In this document: positions 1 through 8,810 of the stretch, piece after piece
Position numbering within the stretch: the first letter of the stretch is position 1
Layout: the number at the start of each line of letters is the position of its first letter
Assembly: GCA_003650815.1 (NCBI GenBank)
Contig: QMSB01000001.1
Coordinates: 13,374 to 77,373 of the forward strand
Direction: 5' to 3'
From: Thermoprotei archaeon
GTDB lineage: Archaea > Thermoproteota > Thermoprotei > Thermofilales > B15-G2
Length of the DNA: 64,000 nt
The notes under the pieces: generated by a model
What the model was told of the DNA's origin: nothing
What the model saw: the letters and a program-made list of their open reading frames with translations, nothing else
Database searches by the model: none
Program-made: the position numbers and the translations under genes

Positions 1-198
1 CGCTACTTGACATATGCCGCAGATCCTGCTAGCTATCCTAGGAGCTTCCTCGATAGGTCTACCTTCAAGAATTTTTTCGAAGCCTCTGAATTCAAGTACT
101 TTGAATTTTGCTTCTTTAACTGCACCATCCTCAGAAAGCTTTAAAACAACTTTAGCGTGTCCCTCAACTCTCGTGAAAGGACTAATCACTACCTTCAT
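1..198 (-). CDS. mvhA: [NiFe] hydrogenase large subunit, N-terminal fragment (MvhA/VhuA-like); runs off the window start
   Basis: Not in the ORF track because it is open at the window edge. My minus-strand translation from the ATG at 198 is [66 protein letters not shown]. It contains the N-terminal RxCGxC nickel-site motif of [NiFe] large subunits. The start overlaps the stop of the small-subunit gene. Confidence 0.75.
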   Translation of the reverse strand, partial: MKVVISPFTRVEGHAKVVLKLSEDGAVKEAKFKVLEFRGFEKILEGRPIEEAPRIASRICGICQVA

Positions 199-1063
199 CT
201 TTCTCCATCCTCTTCAGTATCTCAGGAGTATAAGGTATAGTAGACGAAGGTAGAGTAAATCTATAAAAGTAGCCTAGGGGGTCAGGTATTTTGCGCACTA
301 ATTCCTCTTCATCAATCTTAGAGAATACGCTGGCTATAGATGAAAGCAGTCTTTCTCCCTGATCTACGATCTTAGCAGGAGGTCCTCGGCATCCTCTGCA
401 GGGTACTCCTCGCGAGGGACACTGTGCTTCACATCCGCTGGCAGTGGCTATACCCATGCAGAGAATACCCTGCTCCAGAAAACATCGAGAGAAGTCTACA
501 TCATCTCTTTCTCCGAGTCTATAAACATTCTCCTCGTATACGTCTCTCTTCTTTAACGAGCACTCGTCGCACACAGTTCTCGAGGGAGGCTTAGGAAGAG
601 GCTTCTTCTCATCAACACAGACTAACAGTTCAATGAGAAGCTTATACGGAGGAGGGCATCCAGGTAGCCTGTAGTCTACTTGAACATACTCGCTTACGGG
701 AGCAGCAGCTCTCGTGAGTTTAGGAACTTCTCTGGGATAAGTTCCATAAATTTCTCTCAAGAGCTCAGCTACAACGTAGACATTAGCTAAACCCGGTATC
801 CCGCCGAAGGAGGCGCAGCTTCCTAGAGCAACGAGTAGCTTGCTTTTGTTCCTAGCTTCTCGTAGGACTTCTATGTCGTGTTTCGTTCTAACAGCTCCGC
901 TGACGAGTGATAAGTCTATGTTAGATGGGAGCTTATCAATATCTGCTATTAGAGTAGAGTACACTATCTCTATGCGCGGTAGCACTTCAGAAATTACATC
1001 AGCAAGAGCTACCTCACATCCCGAGCAGTAACCAGAAAGACTCACTAAAGCTAATCTAATCAT
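182..1063 (-). CDS. mvhG: [NiFe] hydrogenase small subunit, F420-non-reducing (MvhG-like)
   Basis: 293 aa. The N-terminus reads [19 protein letters not shown] and the C-terminus has Cys clusters ([32 protein letters not shown]) typical of small-subunit Fe-S ligands. It sits between mvhD and the large subunit with overlapping stops and starts. Confidence 0.75.
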   Translation of the reverse strand: MIRLALVSLSGYCSGCEVALADVISEVLPRIEIVYSTLIADIDKLPSNIDLSLVSGAVRTKHDIEVLREARNKSKLLVALGSCASFGGIPGLANVYVVAELLREIYGTYPREVPKLTRAAAPVSEYVQVDYRLPGCPPPYKLLIELLVCVDEKKPLPKPPSRTVCDECSLKKRDVYEENVYRLGERDDVDFSRCFLEQGILCMGIATASGCEAQCPSRGVPCRGCRGPPAKIVDQGERLLSSIASVFSKIDEEELVRKIPDPLGYFYRFTLPSSTIPYTPEILKRMEKDEGSD

Positions 1064-1493
1064 GCTCCTCTACCCCCAGCTCACTTATTTTACGGAATTT
1101 GGGAAGAGAGCCCATTTCCTCGAGTTCACGAGTGAACTCGAAAACTACCTTTGCGAACTTATCTCCTTCGGAAGCAGAGATCCACTCTAGCCTAACTCTA
1201 GAGTCTTCTATACCTAGCTGAGATAGCAGTTTCTTAAGTAAAGCTACTCTAGCCCTCGCTTTAAAGTTTCCACTTATGAAGTGACAGTCATAGGGTATAT
1301 GACACCCCGTGAAGAGCACTCCATCAAATCCTTCTCTCAGAGCCTCTAACGCGAAAAGAGCTTCCTCTCTACCAGAGCATATGAGTCTGACAATGTATGC
1401 TGAGGGAGGATACTGGATCTTAGAGACTCCAGCCATATCTGCTCCGGCATAACTGCAGTAAGTACAGGTAAGCACAAGAATCTTAGGCTTCAT
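1056..1493 (-). CDS. mvhD: Methyl-viologen-reducing hydrogenase delta subunit (MvhD/FlpD family)
   Basis: 145 aa. Family-typical motifs are present: CTYCSYAGADMAG, RLICSGR, GFDGVLFTGCHIPYDCHFISGN and WISASEG. Confidence 0.88.
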   Translation of the reverse strand: MKPKILVLTCTYCSYAGADMAGVSKIQYPPSAYIVRLICSGREEALFALEALREGFDGVLFTGCHIPYDCHFISGNFKARARVALLKKLLSQLGIEDSRVRLEWISASEGDKFAKVVFEFTRELEEMGSLPKFRKISELGVEEHD

Positions 1494-1497
1494 AATC

Positions 1498-3453
1498 TCA
1501 CCTAGCTAAAGCCTTAATCATAGCTAAAACCTGTTCTCTAGTAAAGTGTGCTTGCTCTATAGCGCCTGAGGGGCAGGCAGCTGCACATGAACCACAGCCC
1601 TTACAAAGAGCAGTATTAACTTTCGCTACTCTCCTGTCGTTTTTCTCTACTATTTCTATGGCATTGAACTCACACACACTAACACATATGCCGCAGCCAC
1701 TGCAGGTTTCTTCGTCTACGGATACTACGTAGGGTACTGACTCTACGTAACCTTTAGCCAGTAACTCGACTGCTTTCATAGCGGCTGAAGATGCCTGAGC
1801 CACTGTATCTGGGATGTCTTTAGGGGACTGAGCACAGCCGCATATGAAGACTCCTTCAATAGAGGTTTCAACAGGTCTCAGTTTGGGGTGTACTTCTAAG
1901 AAGAAGCCGTCTGTACTCTTAGAGAGCTTGAGTACGTCTCTTATTTTCTCTGAAGCGGGATTAGGCACTAGACCCATTTCTAGTACTACTAGATCTACTT
2001 TAAGTACTAGAACTTCGTCTAAAGAGGGGTCATATACGTAGACTCCTAGACATCCTTCAGGAGATCTATGGACTTCAGAGGCGCGCCCCTTAATTAAGAT
2101 GACTCCCTCGGATCTTATTCTCCTATAGAATTCCTCATAGCCTTTACCGAAAGATCTGACGTCGGGAGCTATGACATATATCGTGGCGCCGGGAATGCTG
2201 TGCTTTATGTACCAGGCGTGTTTAAGCGCGTTCATGCAGCCTACTCGACAACAGTAAGGCAGGTTCTTTTCATCACGGGATCCTGTGCACGCTAGTATTG
2301 CTACTCTTTGGGGTTCTTTATTCTTGCCTGGAACCAGTATTTTGCCTCTGGTCGGCCCAAAGGAGCTAGCTAAACGCTCTAACTGGAGTCCAGTAATTAC
2401 TTCAGTAAACATCCCGTAGCCATATTCCGGGACTTTCCTAGGGTCGTATTCTTCATAGCCTGTCGCGACAATTATAGCCCCTACTTCGATTTCTATAATC
2501 TCGTCTTCCTGCTCGTAGTTTATTGCTTTCACAGGACATATTTTCTCGCAGAGCCTACAGACTCCTTTAGTGAAGTAGAGGCAGTGCTCAGTATCTATAA
2601 CTGGGACACGGGGAACAGCCTGCGGGAAAGGCACATATATGCTTTTTCTTTCACCAAGGCCTCTATCGAATTCGCTAGGGACTCTTGTCGGACACTTCTC
2701 CATGCAGAGCAGGCAGCCCGTGCATTTAGTTTCATCGACTTTTCTAGCTTTCTTCAGTATCTTCACTTTAAAGTTTCCCACATATCCTTCTACCTCTATT
2801 ACTTCTGAGTACGTCAAGAGCGTGATATTCGGATGAGTAGCTACTTCGACCATGAGAGGACCTAAAATACATATCGAGCAGTCGAGTGTAGGAAAAGTTT
2901 TATCTAGCTGGGCCATGTGTCCACCGATAGAGGAGTTTTTCTCGACCAAGTATACCTTAAACCCTGCTTTAGCTACATCGAGAGCAGCCGTTATTCCAGC
3001 TACTCCTCCACCTATAACGAGCACTGACTGCTTTACAGATATCTTCTCTACTCGAATCTCCTCCAAGAGTCTAGCTTTAGCTACAGCAGCTTTCACGAGC
3101 CGTATAGCCTTATCTGTCGCTAACTCCTTCTCGTGTTCATGTACCCAAGAACACTGGTCTCTGATATTCGCCATCTCTAAGAAGAAAGGCGACAGACCTG
3201 CTCTCTTAAGGGCTTCCTGAAAAATAGGTTCATGAGTCCTAGGGGAGCACGCTGCGACAACAATTCTATCAAGATTATGTCTCCTTATATCCTCCGCTAT
3301 CAGCCTTTGTCCCTCGCTAGAGCACATAAAGGGATAGTCTTTGCATACAACAACATCCTCTTCTTTCGCTACTTCCCTAACTATTCTCTTTACATCAAGT
3401 ACTCCAGCTATATTTTTCCCACAGTGGCAAACATAGACCCCTACTCTTGGCAC
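1498..3453 (-). CDS. hdrA: Heterodisulfide reductase subunit A-like flavoprotein (HdrA)
   Basis: 651 aa with a GTG start. Features are an N-terminal Cys motif (VYVCHCGKNIAG), an FAD fold (VLVIGGGVAGITAALDVAKAG) and several 4Fe-4S motifs (CTGCLLCMEKCP, CRLCEKICP, CSGCGICVSVCE, CKGCGSCAAACP). Confidence 0.9.
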   Translation of the reverse strand: MPRVGVYVCHCGKNIAGVLDVKRIVREVAKEEDVVVCKDYPFMCSSEGQRLIAEDIRRHNLDRIVVAACSPRTHEPIFQEALKRAGLSPFFLEMANIRDQCSWVHEHEKELATDKAIRLVKAAVAKARLLEEIRVEKISVKQSVLVIGGGVAGITAALDVAKAGFKVYLVEKNSSIGGHMAQLDKTFPTLDCSICILGPLMVEVATHPNITLLTYSEVIEVEGYVGNFKVKILKKARKVDETKCTGCLLCMEKCPTRVPSEFDRGLGERKSIYVPFPQAVPRVPVIDTEHCLYFTKGVCRLCEKICPVKAINYEQEDEIIEIEVGAIIVATGYEEYDPRKVPEYGYGMFTEVITGLQLERLASSFGPTRGKILVPGKNKEPQRVAILACTGSRDEKNLPYCCRVGCMNALKHAWYIKHSIPGATIYVIAPDVRSFGKGYEEFYRRIRSEGVILIKGRASEVHRSPEGCLGVYVYDPSLDEVLVLKVDLVVLEMGLVPNPASEKIRDVLKLSKSTDGFFLEVHPKLRPVETSIEGVFICGCAQSPKDIPDTVAQASSAAMKAVELLAKGYVESVPYVVSVDEETCSGCGICVSVCEFNAIEIVEKNDRRVAKVNTALCKGCGSCAAACPSGAIEQAHFTREQVLAMIKALAR

Positions 3454-3465
3454 TGCTAAGTTTAA

Positions 3466-3520
3466 GAATCTTAAATATTAAACATTACCCACAGCTAGGG
3501 AGGTGAGATTTTAAAGCCTT
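3466..3520. promoter_or_regulatory. Divergent promoter region between hdrA and cysS with two TATA-like boxes
   Basis: TTAAATATTAAAC (3471-3483) lies about 23 nt from the hdrA GTG at 3453. ATTTTAAAG (3508-3516) lies about 25 nt from the cysS GTG at 3537. This spacing fits leaderless or short-leader archaeal transcripts. Confidence 0.35.
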
Positions 3521-3536
3521 AACCCCAGTTTATATT

Positions 3537-4964
3537 GTGCTAAAGGTATACAATACTCTAACTAAGAGGATTGAGGAATTTGAGCCTCTTGAAGACCGAT
3601 TAGTCAAGATATATGTGTGCGGCCCTACAGTCTATGACTATACGCATGTAGGACATGCAAGAACATACATAGCTTTCGACGTTATAGTCAGATATTTGAG
3701 GTATAAGGGGTATAAGGTAAAGTATGTAGTCAACATAACGGACATAGATGATAAAATTATTAGACGAGCTAGAGAACTGAATATTTCTCCTAAAGAGCTT
3801 GCGAGAAAATTTGAGGAAGAGTTTTTCGAAGACATGAAGGCGCTGGGGCTCATTAAGGCAGACTACTACCCGCGAGTAACAGAGCATATTAGTGACATAA
3901 TAAAAGTTGTCAGAAGACTAGTAGAGAAAGGCTACGCCTACGTAGCCGGAGGTAGCGTATACTTCGACGTAACTAAGTTCCCCGACTACGGCAAGCTCTC
4001 TGGACAGACATTAGAGCAAATCAAAGCTGGAGCTAGAATAGAGCCAGACCCAAATAAAAGACATCCAGCAGACTTTGCTCTATGGAAGAAAGCTAAGGAA
4101 GGAGAGCCCTACTGGGATAGCCCGTGGGGACCCGGCAGGCCTGGCTGGCACATCGAGTGCACTGTAATGTCGATGAAATATCTTGGAGAACAAATAGATA
4201 TCCATGGAGGTGGGACGGATCTAATATTCCCTCACCACGAGAACGAGATAGCGCAGTCTGAAGCCTACTCTGGTAAAAAGCCTTTCGTAAAATACTGGCT
4301 ACACGCAGGCTACCTCATGATCAAAGGAGAAAAAATGTCTAAGTCTCTCGGCAACATAATACCTGTAAAAGACTTTTTAGCAAAATATGAACCCGATGTG
4401 CTCAAACTACTCGTCCTGTCCGCCCACTATCGTAGCCCAATAGACTTCAGCTGGGAAAAAGCAGAGCAAGCTAAGAACTCGCTGGAGAGAATAAAGCGAG
4501 CTGTTGAGAGACTGAGGAAAGTCATGACGTACGAGAGACTTCATTCAGAGAATCTTTCGCCGAAAGAAAAGGAGATTTATGAACGAGTAAATCTTCTCAG
4601 ACAGAAATTCGAAGAAGCCATGGACGACGACTTCAACACTCCTAAGGCTTTAGCTGAGATATTCGAGTTCATATCATATATAAATAAGAAGCTCGACGAA
4701 GACCTTGTAGAGGGAGCTCTAGCCAGATACGCTCACGACACATTAATGGAGCTCCTAAACGTACTAGGTCTACTTCAAAAGTTTAGAGAAGCTGGAGTCT
4801 CAGGTGATGTTGAGCCTCTCATAGAGTTGCTAATTAAAGTGAGGGATGATGCTAGAAAGAGAAAAGACTGGAAGACAGCTGATTACATAAGAGAAGAGCT
4901 AAGGAAGCTAGGAGTAGTTCTAGAGGATACTCCTAAAGGAACCATCTGGAAGTTAGCTAAGTAA
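3537..4964 (+). CDS. cysS: Cysteine--tRNA ligase
   Basis: 475 aa. It starts MLKVYNTLT and carries a class-I HIGH-type motif (HVGHARTY), the KMSKS motif (KMSKSLGN) and CysRS-typical [13 protein letters not shown]. Confidence 0.95.
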   Translation: MLKVYNTLTKRIEEFEPLEDRLVKIYVCGPTVYDYTHVGHARTYIAFDVIVRYLRYKGYKVKYVVNITDIDDKIIRRARELNISPKELARKFEEEFFEDMKALGLIKADYYPRVTEHISDIIKVVRRLVEKGYAYVAGGSVYFDVTKFPDYGKLSGQTLEQIKAGARIEPDPNKRHPADFALWKKAKEGEPYWDSPWGPGRPGWHIECTVMSMKYLGEQIDIHGGGTDLIFPHHENEIAQSEAYSGKKPFVKYWLHAGYLMIKGEKMSKSLGNIIPVKDFLAKYEPDVLKLLVLSAHYRSPIDFSWEKAEQAKNSLERIKRAVERLRKVMTYERLHSENLSPKEKEIYERVNLLRQKFEEAMDDDFNTPKALAEIFEFISYINKKLDEDLVEGALARYAHDTLMELLNVLGLLQKFREAGVSGDVEPLIELLIKVRDDARKRKDWKTADYIREELRKLGVVLEDTPKGTIWKLAK

Positions 4965-5060
4965 TTCTGTGTCAATACCTAAAAATCTGTTTATAGGCGA
5001 TTTATTTAAAAATACTTCTCTTTTTGGCAGAAATGATGTAAGGAAAAATGTGCAATAGCA

Positions 5061-5076
5061 GAAAAATATATATACT
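5061..5076 (+). promoter_or_regulatory. TATA-like box upstream of the aromatic-rich ORF cluster
   Basis: AAAATATATATAC is followed by GGAG 7 nt before the ATG at 5107. Confidence 0.3.
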
Positions 5077-5106
5077 TTTTCCTCGAGAGATAACCTGGAG
5101 ATAAGT

Positions 5107-5388
5107 ATGTGGAGTCCAGGCTGGGGTAGAGGCTGGGGTAGAGGAGGCTGGTGGGGTCCTTGGCCAGGAAGAGGACCCTTCAGCTATCTCCCACCCTGGC
5201 AGAGACCAGGCTGGATATTCGGCAGAGGAGCCTGCAGATGGCTATTCCCGTGGATGTTCGGGTACTGGTACTCACCGATGTACTACTACTATCCAGCATA
5301 CTACCCCTACTTCACACCAATGTACTACTGGTATCCATGGTGGATTAGAGGCTACTGGTATCCACCAATATATTACCCCTGGTGGTGA
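5107..5388 (+). CDS. Small Trp/Tyr/Pro/Gly-rich protein with a DUF5320-like GRG/GWG N-terminus
   Basis: 93 aa, of which I counted 17 Trp and 17 Tyr. The N-terminal GWGRGWGRGGWWGPWPGRGP resembles the Gly/Arg-rich head of DUF5320 proteins. A TATA-like box and GGAG lie upstream. The coding status of a low-complexity ORF remains uncertain. Confidence 0.5.
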   Translation: MWSPGWGRGWGRGGWWGPWPGRGPFSYLPPWQRPGWIFGRGACRWLFPWMFGYWYSPMYYYYPAYYPYFTPMYYWYPWWIRGYWYPPIYYPWW

Positions 5389-5394
5389 GATAAC

Positions 5395-5619
5395 ATGTAC
5401 CCGTATTACTACGCTTACCCGAGATACTACTACCCTCTGCCGCCCTTCCCAATGTTTCCAGTAGACCCAATGGCTCTCCTCTACACATGGCCTTATCTAT
5501 GGCTCTGGTACATATCAATGATGTACTACATAGAACTCTACAAAGTAATGATAGATATGTGGAAAAAGTGGGCTGAAACAGCCCTTAGTTCTATGGCTCC
5601 ACCACAGCCAGGAACATAG
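5395..5619 (+). CDS. Small Tyr/Pro/Trp-rich protein
   Basis: 74 aa, starting 7 nt after the previous stop. It begins MYPYYYAYPRYYYPLPPFPMFP and has an amphipathic C-terminus. Confidence 0.45.
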   Translation: MYPYYYAYPRYYYPLPPFPMFPVDPMALLYTWPYLWLWYISMMYYIELYKVMIDMWKKWAETALSSMAPPQPGT

Positions 5620-5700
5620 TAATTTCACCTAATACATTATTTTTGAAAAATATTTTTAGCATATACACAAAATTTATTTTCTTCCTCTAGCAATATATAA

Positions 5701-6054
5701 GTGATTAGTATGCAGCGGGGACGTAGAATGTGGAGATACTGGAGGTACTATCCTCCACTATACTTCATGATGCCTCCTCCGCCTCCAGTCCAGCCCCCCC
5801 AGACCACTCAACAACAGCCAAGTACAACGACCGGTCCTCAGCAGCAGCCAACATACCAGCCCACATACTATCCTCCACCCTACTTCGCATGGCCTCCTAT
5901 GCCGCCGCCAGCATACCCGATGACACCAGAAGAGGAATTAGCGTTTCTCGAAGACTACAAGAAAATGCTCGAAGAAGACCTAGAGGACCTTAAGCAAGAG
6001 CTCGAGAGCGTAGAAGCTAGAATAAGAGAGCTTAGAGAGAAGCTCGGAAAATAG
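5701..6054 (+). CDS. DUF5320-like protein (aromatic/Pro/Gln-rich N-terminal region plus C-terminal coiled coil)
   Basis: 117 aa. The low-complexity region (WRYWRYYPPLYFMMPPPPP...) is followed by EEELAFLEDYKKMLEEDLEDLKQELESVEARIRELREKLGK, which matches the C-terminal coiled-coil layout I recall for DUF5320. The start is GTG at 5701 or ATG at 5710. Confidence 0.6.
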   Translation: MISMQRGRRMWRYWRYYPPLYFMMPPPPPVQPPQTTQQQPSTTTGPQQQPTYQPTYYPPPYFAWPPMPPPAYPMTPEEELAFLEDYKKMLEEDLEDLKQELESVEARIRELREKLGK

Positions 6055-6055
6055 T

Positions 6056-6274
6056 ATGGTGGTGTTCTTGAGTAGTACAACTACAAAGAAGTTTATTTGC
6101 TATGCCTGTGGTCGAGTAATAGAGGTTCCCTACGGAGTACCTAAACCAGTAGCATGTCCTTTCTGCGGTGCACCAGAAGCTATGATCCACAGACTTGATA
6201 AGGGACCTCACAGAAGAGGTAGAGGCAGAGGGGGGCCTCCTTGGCAGAAGAGGCTAAACGAGGAAGAGAAGTAG
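6056..6274 (+). CDS. Small zinc-ribbon protein with a basic RGRGRGG tail
   Basis: 72 aa with CYACG...x17...CPFCG (CxxC-CxxC). The ATG lies 1 nt after the preceding stop. The 3' end overlaps the Mrp ORF. Confidence 0.55.
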   Translation: MVVFLSSTTTKKFICYACGRVIEVPYGVPKPVACPFCGAPEAMIHRLDKGPHRRGRGRGGPPWQKRLNEEEK

Positions 6275-7065
6275 TTGAGGAGATAGAGAGTAAACTCAGT
6301 AAAATAAAGTATAAGCTCATGGTGATAAGCGGGAAAGGAGGAGTCGGGAAAAGTTTCATTACAGCCAACCTGGCAGTAGCTACTGCCTTAATGGGACGCA
6401 AAGTAGCCGTATTTGACGCTGATATCCACGGTCCATCTATTCCCAAAATACTAGGAGTCCATGGTGAGAGATTCCCAGTAACTTCCTCTGGAATAGTACC
6501 AGTTTTAGGTCCTCTAAACATAAAAGTAGTATCTATTGATTTTCTTCTCCCAGGTGAAGATACTCCAGTAATATGGAGAGGACCGCTGAAATTCGCCGCC
6601 ATAAGGGACTTTCTTTCTAAAGTAGAGTGGGGGTTCGCAGACTATCTCTACGTAGATCTCCCACCTGGCACTGGAGATGAACCTCTCTCAGTAGCACAGC
6701 TAGTATCAGGACTGTCGGGAGCCATAGTAGTAACTATTCCCTCAGAACTCAGCCTACTTGTCGTCAAGAAAGCAGTTACTTTTGCTCGCAAAGTAGGAGT
6801 TGACGTAATAGGAGTAATAGAGAATATGAGTGGCTTCACCTGCCCTAACTGCGGCAAAACATTTTTCGTGTTCGGGAAAGGTGCTGGAGAAAAAATAGCA
6901 AAAGACATGGGAGTACACTTCCTAGGATCTATTCCAATAGATCCCAGGATAGCAGAGACCTGTGACCGCGGAGAACCCTTCTTAATAAAGTATCCCGAAT
7001 CTCCCGCAGCTAAGGCTTTAATGAAGATAACTGAAAAAGTCTTAGAAATTGTCGAGTCTAAATAA
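6241..7065 (+). CDS. Mrp/NBP35/ApbC-family Fe-S cluster carrier ATPase
   Basis: 274 aa with the deviant Walker A SGKGGVGKS, the family-typical CPNCG motif and IENMSGF. An alternative start at 6319 (MVISGKGG) would remove the overlap with the zinc-ribbon ORF. Confidence 0.9.
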   Translation: MAEEAKRGREVVEEIESKLSKIKYKLMVISGKGGVGKSFITANLAVATALMGRKVAVFDADIHGPSIPKILGVHGERFPVTSSGIVPVLGPLNIKVVSIDFLLPGEDTPVIWRGPLKFAAIRDFLSKVEWGFADYLYVDLPPGTGDEPLSVAQLVSGLSGAIVVTIPSELSLLVVKKAVTFARKVGVDVIGVIENMSGFTCPNCGKTFFVFGKGAGEKIAKDMGVHFLGSIPIDPRIAETCDRGEPFLIKYPESPAAKALMKITEKVLEIVESK

Positions 7066-7068
7066 GTA

Positions 7069-7082
7069 GATTTTTCTTTTCC
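7069..7082 (+). terminator. Oligo-T tract after the Mrp gene
   Basis: TTTTTCTTTT begins 6 nt after the TAA stop. Archaeal RNA polymerase terminates at oligo-T tracts. Confidence 0.3.
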
Positions 7083-7159
7083 TATACTTAGATTTTTATA
7101 TGAGTTTTATGTTCTAGATATCCGTAGCTATCTATTACACTTAGTCTTAAGGGACCATT

Positions 7160-7498
7160 ATGTGGTGCTGGCGACACGGACGAAGAGGTCCCGGTAGACC
7201 TATGAAACCCCGCTTCATATCAACTTACCTCAGGGGAGTAAAGTTTGTCCCCGTAAGAGAAGACGGCACATTCATTGAAGCACCTCCCATAGTGCTACTA
7301 CCAGATGAACTAGAAGCCTTCAAGCTCGTCTACCTAGAGGGTCTTTCTCAAGAAGAAGCAGCACGCAGAATGGGGGTTTCGAGAGGAACTCTCTGGAGAT
7401 GCCTCAGTAGCGCTAGGAGAAAAATAGCTAGAATGCTCGTCGAAATGAGACCACTAGTGGTAGCATGGGGAGAAGAATATGGGGAACTTCTTAGATAG
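7160..7498 (+). CDS. DUF134/UPF0251-family predicted DNA-binding protein (sigma-70 region-4-like HTH)
   Basis: 112 aa. GRPMKPRFIS...FVP...LLPDELEAFKLVYLEGLSQEEAARRMGVSRGTLWRCLSSARRKIARMLVE matches the DUF134 layout. Confidence 0.75.
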   Translation: MWCWRHGRRGPGRPMKPRFISTYLRGVKFVPVREDGTFIEAPPIVLLPDELEAFKLVYLEGLSQEEAARRMGVSRGTLWRCLSSARRKIARMLVEMRPLVVAWGEEYGELLR

Positions 7499-8810
7499 CG
7501 TAGAGTGGGAAATACTAGTAAAACTAGTCATAGCCTTCGCGACAGGCGCGCTCATAGGCACTGAAAGAGAGAAAGCTAGACTTGAAAGAAAAGACGAAAA
7601 CTTAGCAGACTTCCCAGGTGTCAGAAGCTTTGGATTAATGAGCATCCTAGGAGCTCTCTCCATATGCCTAACTAAGTTCTTCCCAGAAGCCGTGACCCTC
7701 ATAGTACTTGGCTCTATGCTAACCATATCAATATTAATCCTAGCGAGCTTCACTCTCTACAGAGTCTACTACGCTAAAGAACACGGAATAACTACACCAA
7801 TAGCTCTAGCACTAGCATACCTTCTAGGAGTACTCGTTGGAGCAGGACTCCTCCTAGAAGCAGTAGCCACATCTATCTTCGTGACATTCATTCTAGCAAT
7901 CAAGCTAACAGTAGAGAGAGCTTTAAGAGGAATAACGTACAAAGAGCTACTCTCAGCTCTCCAAATAGGCATAATGGTTTTTCTACTGGGACCCTTCGTT
8001 TTAAACCAGGACCTGACGGACCCTATATTTCATTTAGTTAGCTTTAGAACACTATACATATTTTTCGTAGCTATTTTATGCATCTCATACCTTAGCTACA
8101 TGGTACTAAAGCTAAGGAGCAGCAGTGGTCTAGAAATAGTGTCGTTTTTCGGGGGACTCGTAAACAGTGAAGCTACCACAGTCTCATTCACACGACTATG
8201 CTTCAAATCCTCACTTGAAAACATAACACCAGTAGTCTCTAGAGGCGTAATAGTAGCTAACTTAGCTATGATCTCAAGAAACTTCTTCCTAGTCCTCCTC
8301 TTCTTCTCCCTACTGAAGAGAGGAACACCAGACATATGGTACTTCTCCTTCCTAGCCTTCACTACCTCACTCCTTACTGGATACGCGACAATAGCTCTAG
8401 TCTCCCCTAAGAAAAGCAGAGTCAAGCTAGAAGACATGCTAGAATCCCCACTAAGTTACAGAATAGCGTTTAAAGCATGTATAGTCTTCCTCGTAGTCCT
8501 AACAGCTACAGCTCTAGCAGTAAAGCACCTAGGAGAAGTAGGAGTTCTAGCCGTAGGAGGAATAGGCGGAATAGCTAGCACAACAGCCGTAATATTCACA
8601 ATACTATCACTCATAGAAAGAGGCAGCATTGAAGTATCCGCAGGACTAGCAGCCATACTGCTCTCTACAGCAACCGCCGTTCTAAACAAGTTCCTCTACT
8701 TAAAAGCACTTAAAGCTCCTCGAGTACTCTTTAAAGACCTAGGATGGCGACTAGTATTTACATCAATACCACTGTTCCTCTCTAGCATTCTCCTACTTTA
8801 TGCTCTTTAA
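7479..8810 (+). CDS. MgtC/SapB-like N-terminal domain plus DUF4010-type polytopic membrane protein
   Basis: 443 aa and strongly hydrophobic. The N-terminal GALIGTERE...FPGVRSFGLMSILGA matches the MgtC/DUF4010 signature. Confidence 0.6.
   Translation: MGNFLDSVEWEILVKLVIAFATGALIGTEREKARLERKDENLADFPGVRSFGLMSILGALSICLTKFFPEAVTLIVLGSMLTISILILASFTLYRVYYAKEHGITTPIALALAYLLGVLVGAGLLLEAVATSIFVTFILAIKLTVERALRGITYKELLSALQIGIMVFLLGPFVLNQDLTDPIFHLVSFRTLYIFFVAILCISYLSYMVLKLRSSSGLEIVSFFGGLVNSEATTVSFTRLCFKSSLENITPVVSRGVIVANLAMISRNFFLVLLFFSLLKRGTPDIWYFSFLAFTTSLLTGYATIALVSPKKSRVKLEDMLESPLSYRIAFKACIVFLVVLTATALAVKHLGEVGVLAVGGIGGIASTTAVIFTILSLIERGSIEVSAGLAAILLSTATAVLNKFLYLKALKAPRVLFKDLGWRLVFTSIPLFLSSILLLYAL

Noticed and set aside
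2584-3459. Plus-strand ORFs (2584-2808, 2639-2836, 2852-3220, 3232-3459) inside hdrA. Similar antisense ORFs occur elsewhere (14-253, 840-1031, 1844-2041, 3600-3887, 7454-8689 group, 9395-11722 group, 12748-13161, 13759-13992, 15703-17126 group, 19704-20773 group, 21478-21918, 23647-23856).
   Set aside because: They lie antisense to strongly supported genes, are Ser/Thr/Leu/Arg-rich with no motifs, and are typical shadow ORFs of this codon usage.
5151-5993. Alternative-frame ORFs 5151-5348 and 5730-5993 overlapping the aromatic-rich ORFs
   Set aside because: They share the strand but use a shifted frame, and lack a start context or TATA box of their own. The W/Y/P frame has the DUF5320-like GRG head and, for 5701-6054, a clean C-terminal coiled coil. 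Frame conservation in relatives should still be checked.
6180-6908. Minus-strand ORFs 6180-6602 and 6648-6908
   Set aside because: They are antisense to the Mrp/NBP35 gene, which has unambiguous Walker A and CPNCG motifs.
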